Both the position numbers and the translations under genes were made by a program. Shown in pieces: positions 26,739 to 32,000 of a stretch of DNA of 32,000 nucleotides. Source of the stretch: Schaalia meyeri (lineage in GTDB: Bacteria > Actinomycetota > Actinomycetes > Actinomycetales > Actinomycetaceae). Location of the stretch: the NCBI RefSeq assembly GCF_900105015.1, contig NZ_FNLK01000008.1, positions 120,001 to 152,000 on the forward strand, written 5' to 3'. The notes beneath the pieces were generated by a model. That model saw only the letters and a list, made by a program, of their open reading frames with translations, did not search any database and had not been told where the DNA came from. Within the stretch, counting starts at the first letter, position 1, and the number at the start of each line of letters is the position of its first letter.

Positions 26739-27638
26739 ATGAGCGCAGCAGATCCCGCAACCCTGGCAGCCATTCAGCGCATCACCAAGCGGTGCCTGGC
26801 TGAAATCGACCGCGTCTGCACTCTCCTGGACATTCGCTACGTCGCCTACGGAGGGACCGCGATCGGAGCGGTCCGGCACGGGGGGTTCATCCCGTGGGAC
26901 GACGACGGGGACGTGTGCATGCCGCGCGCGGACTATGAGCGCTTCATTGCCGAGGCCCCCGCCGTTCTCGGCGAGGAATTTTTCGTTGCTTCCCCGTCAT
27001 CTCACTCCGACTATCCAATTAGCTTCGGTGTGCTCGGCCTCAAGGGGTCGGAGTTCATATCAAAGGTCGCCAAGGATAGGCCGTTCCGCATGCCCATCGG
27101 CGTGGATCTGTTCGTGCTCGATGAGATCGCCGACTCCCCTGCCCGCTTCCGTTCGCAGATGCGGGGAACATGGCTGTGGGCGAGGCTCATGTTTCTTCGC
27201 TCGATTCCGTGCCCCCCAACGGGACTGCCCACGCCGGCTCGACAGCTCGCGGCGGTTGCGATGGCCAGCGCCCACTGGGGCATGCGGTTGCTGCGCGTGA
27301 CCGAGGCATCCCTGTACCGCCGGTGGCTGAAGGCGGCCCTCAAGGGGCGGGCAGAACCCCAGAAGGCGGCCGATGGGACGACCCTCTTCGGCGACTTTTC
27401 GACGCGCGATCCGCGCCGCTGGAGCGCCTCGGAAGCGGAGCTTTTCCCCGCGCGCACCGTTCCCTTTGAGGACATGACGATCCGCATTCCCGCCGCGTAC
27501 GACGTCATCTTGACTCGGGGATACGGCGACTACATGCGCATCCCCGACCCGCAGGAGCGCGTCACCCACGAGCCTTTCCGCATCGTGTTTGGTCCTCACG
27601 ATCCGGGTCCCGCAGCTCCGGGGGGTGAGGGCGTGTGA
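26739..27638 (+). CDS. LicD family phosphotransferase, paralogue 3
   Basis: It carries 'YVAYGGTAIGAVRHGGFIPWDDDGDVCM' and 'RGYGDYMRIPDP'. It is more diverged than paralogues 1 and 2. Confidence 0.85.
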   Translation: MSAADPATLAAIQRITKRCLAEIDRVCTLLDIRYVAYGGTAIGAVRHGGFIPWDDDGDVCMPRADYERFIAEAPAVLGEEFFVASPSSHSDYPISFGVLGLKGSEFISKVAKDRPFRMPIGVDLFVLDEIADSPARFRSQMRGTWLWARLMFLRSIPCPPTGLPTPARQLAAVAMASAHWGMRLLRVTEASLYRRWLKAALKGRAEPQKAADGTTLFGDFSTRDPRRWSASEAELFPARTVPFEDMTIRIPAAYDVILTRGYGDYMRIPDPQERVTHEPFRIVFGPHDPGPAAPGGEGV

Positions 27639-28990
27639 CAGGCAAAGAGACCACAGTATTTCCCTCTGGGGAGTCGGGAAGCGACGGGGAGGTCCATGCC
27701 GACGTTGCCGAGGACGCGCGCAAGTCGCGCGGGCAGCTAGGCAGGGACTACCTGTGGAACACGGCGGCCTCCCTGATGTCGAGCCTCGCGGTCATCATCA
27801 TGGGCGTGGCGATCGTGCGTTCGGGGACCACCGAGTCGTTCGCCCGAGCCCAGTACGGACTCTTCACCCTGGCGCTGGCCATCGGCCAGCAGTACCAAAC
27901 TGTCGGCATGTACGAGGTGCGCACATTCCACGTCACCGACGTGCGCAGGCGCTTCGACTTCGGCACCTACCTGTCGACGAGGATCCTCACCTGCTTCGTT
28001 ATGGTTGCCCTCATCGGCTACCACGCCTGGGACGTGTCGCTTAAGGACCCTTATCCGGCATTGACGGTCATTGGTTCCATAGCGTTCTTGCGCATTTTCG
28101 ACGCCTTCGAGGACGTGTACTACTCCGAGTTCCAGCGCTCGGGACGCCTTGACATCGCGGGCAAAGCCTGCTTCGCCCGCATCTTCACTACGACGATGCT
28201 GTGGTCGGTCCTCTACTGGGTGACCCAGGATCTCCTCGTATCTACACTCATCACGTTCGCAGTGACCTGCGTCATCCTCTTAGTTGTCTACGGTGCGCCG
28301 GCGCGCGGCATGTTCTCGCTGCGCCCCTCGATCGCGCTGGGCGCCGTCGGTCGGATCCTGTGGGAGTGTTTGCCCCTGTTCGTCGCCGCATTCCTCAACC
28401 AGTACTTGGCGAATGCTCCGCGTTTCGCGATCCACTCGACTCTCGGCGACGAGGAGCTCGGCGTTTTCGCCATCGTCTTTATGCCGGCCATCGCAATCAA
28501 CATGCTCTCCCTCTTCGTCTTTCGCCCACTTCTGACTCGCATGGCGCTGCACTGGGCGGAGGGAGACCGCAGCACATTCATGGCGATCGTCCGGCGCGGC
28601 CTCGCAACCACCGGCCTCGCCTTTTGTCTCGTCGCCGCCGTGACCTACGTGGTCGGCGCTCCCCTGCTCTCCCTCGTTTTCGGAACCGATGTGTCCGGCT
28701 ATGTCCGCGAGCTCATGGTCCTGGTCTTGGCCGGCGCCCTCAATGCTGCCGGCGTTATTCTCTACTATGCTCTGGCCACGATGAGGCGCCTGAGGGCAGT
28801 CCTGGCCGCGTACGCCGTTGCGGCCGCGTACGCCTACGTGACCACGCCGCTGCTAACGGAATCGCTAGGTATGCTCGGCGCTTCGGTTGCCTACGCCACA
28901 ATCATGACTCTGCTCGCCCTGCTCTTCGGCCTCATCATGGTAGTTTCGCTGCGGCAGCGTCGTGAGGAAACGGAGCCCACTGGTGATTGA
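27635..28990 (+). CDS. MOP-superfamily polysaccharide flippase (Wzx/TacF-like)
   Basis: A 451-aa ORF with about 12 hydrophobic segments. The GTG start overlaps the licD3 stop (GTGTGA). A flippase adjacent to licD genes mirrors tacF-licD1-licD2 in S. pneumoniae. The family is assigned from topology and context only. Confidence 0.65.
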   Translation: MTGKETTVFPSGESGSDGEVHADVAEDARKSRGQLGRDYLWNTAASLMSSLAVIIMGVAIVRSGTTESFARAQYGLFTLALAIGQQYQTVGMYEVRTFHVTDVRRRFDFGTYLSTRILTCFVMVALIGYHAWDVSLKDPYPALTVIGSIAFLRIFDAFEDVYYSEFQRSGRLDIAGKACFARIFTTTMLWSVLYWVTQDLLVSTLITFAVTCVILLVVYGAPARGMFSLRPSIALGAVGRILWECLPLFVAAFLNQYLANAPRFAIHSTLGDEELGVFAIVFMPAIAINMLSLFVFRPLLTRMALHWAEGDRSTFMAIVRRGLATTGLAFCLVAAVTYVVGAPLLSLVFGTDVSGYVRELMVLVLAGALNAAGVILYYALATMRRLRAVLAAYAVAAAYAYVTTPLLTESLGMLGASVAYATIMTLLALLFGLIMVVSLRQRREETEPTGD

Positions 28991-29176
28991 TTGTACTCGC
29001 GCGGCGCCGCACGCTTCGCTCCGCGCTCGGCCTGCCTATCCCGGGCGCTGCGGTAGCGGGAGTGCGATGCGTTTGTGGGGCCGGGCCTCTTTCGCAGTGA
29101 TGCCTATCGCGGTGATACGAGGCCGCCCGCACCCGTACAGCCCGGATCGTTGCCAGCCACTGACAAGGAGCAGTGA

Positions 29177-30316
29177 ATGCGTATTGCGTTCGTCGTGAAC
29201 AGCTATCCGCCCCGGCTGGGCGGATTGGAGTCCCACATTTACCACCTGTCGGTATCCCTGGCACGGTTGGGGCACCAGGTGTACGTGCTGACCATTTCCG
29301 ATGAGCCGGGTCATCGCACCCAGGAGCGGGTCGACATCCGCACCAATCGGCGTTATTTCCCCATCGCGGACATCATCAGCTTCCCCGCCGTGGGAACGAC
29401 TCGCCAGATCGCGCGCTTCCTGAAGCGAGAGAGCATCGACGCCGTCAGCGTGCACACGCGGTTCTTCCCCATGAGCTTCGTCGGGGTCCGCGCCGCACGC
29501 AAGGCGGGTATCCCGGTCATCCACACGGAGCACGGGTCGGGGTTTGTCGCCTCCTCGTCGCCCGTCATCAGATCGGCGTCGCGTGCGGTTGACGTGACGA
29601 TGGGACGCTACGTGCTGCGCCACGCGGACCGCGTGCTGGGCGTGTCCGAGCAGGCCGCCGCTTTCGCCTCACGCCTGGGCGGGGTGAACACTCAGGTGTT
29701 CTACAACGCGATCACGCCGCCCGCGCGCCGCTCAGTGCCGATCAATGATCGCCACCGTCACCTGGTCTTCGTTGGCCGCATGGTCCCGGGAAAGGGCTGG
29801 GACACGTTTATCGAGGCCGTGGCGCGGCTGCGCGAGGCGGGTGCGCAGGTGAGCGGCGAACTGCTGGGCACGGGCGCCGACCTTGAGGCCGCACGCGCGC
29901 TCATTGCGCGGCGCGGCCTCACCGAGCAGGTCTGCGCGCCGGGTCGCGTGAGCGCCGACGAGGTCCGTTCCCGTCTGGCCGGTGCGACCCTCGTGAATCC
30001 CACGGTGTTGTCTGAGGGCTTCCAAACGACGCTGCTGGAGGCCCTCGCTGAACGCGGGCGCGTCGTCACCTTCACCGTCCCGGGGGCGCGGGTCCTGGCC
30101 GAGCAGGGAAATCCGGTGATCATCACCGCCGAGAGGACGGTCGATTCGCTGGTCGCCACCCTGCGCGATTTCCTGGAGGCCCCGCCGCCCCTGGGGGAGC
30201 CCGACCTGATCGACGCCTGGACGTGGCCGGTGCGGGCACGCGAGTACGCGGCCATCGCCTCGTCGCTGATCGCGGGTTCTGGCCCCGATGTCCCGCACCC
30301 CCTGGCCCCACACTGA
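29177..30316 (+). CDS. GT4 (GT-B) glycosyltransferase
   Basis: 'MRIAFVVNSYPPRLGGLESHIYHL' and 'SEGFQTTLLEALAERGRVV' (E-x7-E) are present. AAGGAG lies 7 nt upstream of the ATG. Confidence 0.8.
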   Translation: MRIAFVVNSYPPRLGGLESHIYHLSVSLARLGHQVYVLTISDEPGHRTQERVDIRTNRRYFPIADIISFPAVGTTRQIARFLKRESIDAVSVHTRFFPMSFVGVRAARKAGIPVIHTEHGSGFVASSSPVIRSASRAVDVTMGRYVLRHADRVLGVSEQAAAFASRLGGVNTQVFYNAITPPARRSVPINDRHRHLVFVGRMVPGKGWDTFIEAVARLREAGAQVSGELLGTGADLEAARALIARRGLTEQVCAPGRVSADEVRSRLAGATLVNPTVLSEGFQTTLLEALAERGRVVTFTVPGARVLAEQGNPVIITAERTVDSLVATLRDFLEAPPPLGEPDLIDAWTWPVRAREYAAIASSLIAGSGPDVPHPLAPH

Positions 30317-30499
30317 GGCTCTATCCTCGCGCCCTCCTTGACGAAAAGGGGCGCCCGTACCGGCCAGCGGCAGCCCGCCTGCGAGGCGCGGTGTTACGCC
30401 GCCTCACCCTTCACCTCATCCGGTGAAACAGGCACGTGCCCACGGCGCGCGGTTACACGAGCCGGGGGCGTGGCCGCGCCAATGAATATTCCCCGCGCA

Positions 30500-31345
30500 T
30501 CACCCGGCGTAGGGCTGGTCGCCCACCCATTCCGCGGAGCGGACGTGCGCGGGCGGGCGCTGGTCCTCAGGGGGGATGCGCTGCCAGTCGCCGTAGTAGT
30601 CGCGCAGGATTTTCTCGGCCTGTGCGGGGATGGCGAAGCGCCGTCCCTCGAAGCTCGCCGTGCGCGTCGGGAAGAGTTCGTCGGGCCGGATGGTGTTCCG
30701 GCTCATGACGTCGTCGACCAGCAGCACCCAGCGTTCGTTATCCTCCTCGCTTACCTGCGAGCGGTGACAGCCCTGGGCCGTCTCGTCTTGCCTGCGTGAA
30801 ATGGCATAGAGATTGGCAAAACGCGTGATCGGGTACAGCAGGTACTTGATGGCGCGACGCGCAGCGGACGTGGCGTATCGCGGGTTCGATGCCGCGATGT
30901 ACTTCCACCACACCAGCCGGTGTTCCTTCCGCGCCGCGCGGTGAACGTGCGGATCGGTCACGTCGACGCGCTCGAGCGGGAAAATGTCGACCCACAGCCC
31001 CAGGGTGCCGGCCGATTCGTCGAGGAATGACTCAACGGCCCGAGTGCGCGTATCGACCAGCTTGCAGTAGGAGTTGATTGACGTGCGATCCCGGTAGCTC
31101 GCCAGCGCATAGTGCTCGCCGAGCGCCCCTTCCTGCCACAGGCGATAGAGCTTCTCGTAGTCGTCGCGGGGCATGTAGACGTCGATGTCGTCGTCCCACG
31201 GGATGAAACCGCGATGCCGCAGCGCCCCGATGAGCGTTCCGTACGCCAGCGCATAGGACAGTTGATGGTCGCGGCAGACGCGATCGAGTTCGGAGAGAAT
31301 ATCCAGTTCAATCGCCTTCACCTGGCGCGCCTCAAGTTGGGTCAT
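30500..31345 (-). CDS. LicD family phosphotransferase, paralogue 4
   Basis: It carries 'YALAYGTLIGALRHRGFIPWDDDIDVYM'. ATG 31345 gives an N-terminus of the same length as the other three LicDs. ATG 31357 is possible, and the 31468 start of the listed ORF is unlikely. Confidence 0.8.
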   Translation of the reverse strand: MTQLEARQVKAIELDILSELDRVCRDHQLSYALAYGTLIGALRHRGFIPWDDDIDVYMPRDDYEKLYRLWQEGALGEHYALASYRDRTSINSYCKLVDTRTRAVESFLDESAGTLGLWVDIFPLERVDVTDPHVHRAARKEHRLVWWKYIAASNPRYATSAARRAIKYLLYPITRFANLYAISRRQDETAQGCHRSQVSEEDNERWVLLVDDVMSRNTIRPDELFPTRTASFEGRRFAIPAQAEKILRDYYGDWQRIPPEDQRPPAHVRSAEWVGDQPYAG

Positions 31346-31522
31346 CGGCTCTCTCATCGTGTCGAATTGAGGGGTTGTGAACTGGTGTCCAGGGTAGTAC
31401 ACCGCCGCGGGCGTGCGCACTTCCTTCCCTCTCCTGGGCCCTTCGGACATAGGGGCCTGGCCGCGCACGGCGACCGTAACGGGGTTTCGTCACCCTTAGA
31501 TCGGGCCACACAAATCCCCATT

Positions 31523-31534
31523 TTGTCCAGACAA
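31523..31534. promoter_or_regulatory. Candidate HutC/GntR-type operator palindrome
   Basis: TTGTC-CA-GACAA has a core, GTCCAGAC, one mismatch from the GTCTAGAC core typical of HutC-subfamily operators. It lies in the divergent licD4/gntR intergenic region. A second TGTCCAG heptamer is at 31386-31392. Confidence 0.3.
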
Positions 31535-31633
31535 TAGGTTTAGCGCGTCGCTCCGGGGAACAACACCAGCGCTGATACCATGTAGCCCTAACAATTTATC
31601 AAATCCGTTGTGCCGCCACACGAAAGTCTCGCC

Positions 31634-32000
31634 ATGCCACGATCAGCCGCCGCAGCGACGCCCCCTTACATCCCCGACATTACGCTGGACCGATCCTCCC
31701 CGGTCCCCCTCTATTTCCAGATCTCGGAACCCATCGCGCAGCTCATTAATTCCGGCACGCTGCCCGCCGATACTCGCTTGGAAGACGAGTTATCCATGGC
31801 CGCCCGCCTGCACGTCTCGCGCCCCACCGCCCGCCAGGCCCTCCAGCGACTGGTGGATCGCGGCCTGCTGACGCGCAGGCGCGGCGTCGGCACGATCGTG
31901 TCGCCGCGCCACGTCCACCGCCCCATGGAGCTCACCTCCCTTATGCGCGACCTCGTGGAGGCCGGGCACAAAGTTCACACGACAATCCAGCGCTACGAGG
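31634..32000 (+). CDS. GntR-family transcriptional regulator, HutC subfamily type; the 3' end lies beyond the window
   Basis: This was hand-translated and is absent from the ORF track because no stop is reached: 'PLYFQISEPIAQLINSGTLPADTRLEDELSMAARLHVSRPTARQALQRLVDRGLLTRRRGVGTIVSP...LTSLMRDLVEAGHKV'. That is a GntR wHTH followed by the beginning of a UTRA-like effector domain. GTG 31610 is an alternative start. Confidence 0.8.
   Translation, partial: MPRSAAAATPPYIPDITLDRSSPVPLYFQISEPIAQLINSGTLPADTRLEDELSMAARLHVSRPTARQALQRLVDRGLLTRRRGVGTIVSPRHVHRPMELTSLMRDLVEAGHKVHTTIQRYE

Noticed and set aside
28991-29176. The 186-nt gap between the flippase and GT4, checked as a possible cassette boundary with direct repeats matching the 21855-21979 gap
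   Set aside because: No shared repeats or att-like sequences were found by eye between the two gaps. There are no integrase or transposase remnants anywhere in the window.
30317-30499. A search for an intrinsic terminator, small RNA or small ORF in the 183-nt convergent gap between GT4 and licD4
   Set aside because: Only short (6-bp) stems without U-tracts were found, for example TTCACC-N6-GGTGAA. The listed ORFs 30223..30426 and 30338..30799 are Arg-rich with no start context. Nothing is supportable.

Overview
This is high-GC actinobacterial chromosome, with gene content and synteny suggesting Actinomycetaceae or a related family; that taxon call is inference only. All family calls come from motif recognition and remembered synteny, because no searches were run.

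**Nt 1-9225: conserved core block.** It holds a DUF58 3' end, a SpoIIM-like membrane protein, an RDD protein, DUF3499 and an Rv3259-like small protein. A translationally coupled minus-strand chain follows: whiB, then a 1044-aa GT2-polytopic membrane fusion, then DUF5719. A TIGR03089-like gene closes the block.

**Nt 9226-31345: large cell-wall glycopolymer locus.**
- A tightly packed minus-strand operon runs from 19020 down to 9226. In order it encodes GT4, a WbbL-like GT2, a WsaF-like GT, an SDR epimerase/reductase, a GT2, Wzm, Wzt with a C-terminal extra domain, RmlB and a GT2.
- A divergent plus-strand series runs 19116-30316. It encodes GT4, a DUF2142 membrane protein, a complete phosphocholine (lic) module and a further GT4.
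- The lic module is a wHTH-LicC-LicA triple fusion, a LicB-type permease, three tandem LicD transferases and a Wzx/TacF-like flippase.
- A fourth LicD lies convergent at 30500-31345. A divergent HutC/GntR regulator runs off the 3' edge.

**Most interesting signals.**
- The lic module sits inside an actinobacterial rhamnose-type polysaccharide locus.
- The enzyme fusion carries a DNA-binding domain.
- A 38-nt junction is duplicated at 37/38 identity, giving the LicB permease and LicD1 the same C-terminal tail, TATVSDDQP. A perfect 11-bp hairpin follows it in the first copy.
- Two export routes, ABC and flippase, are encoded in one locus.

No tRNA, rRNA, CRISPR array or mobile element was seen. 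Most long ORFs antisense to these genes look like high-GC artefacts.
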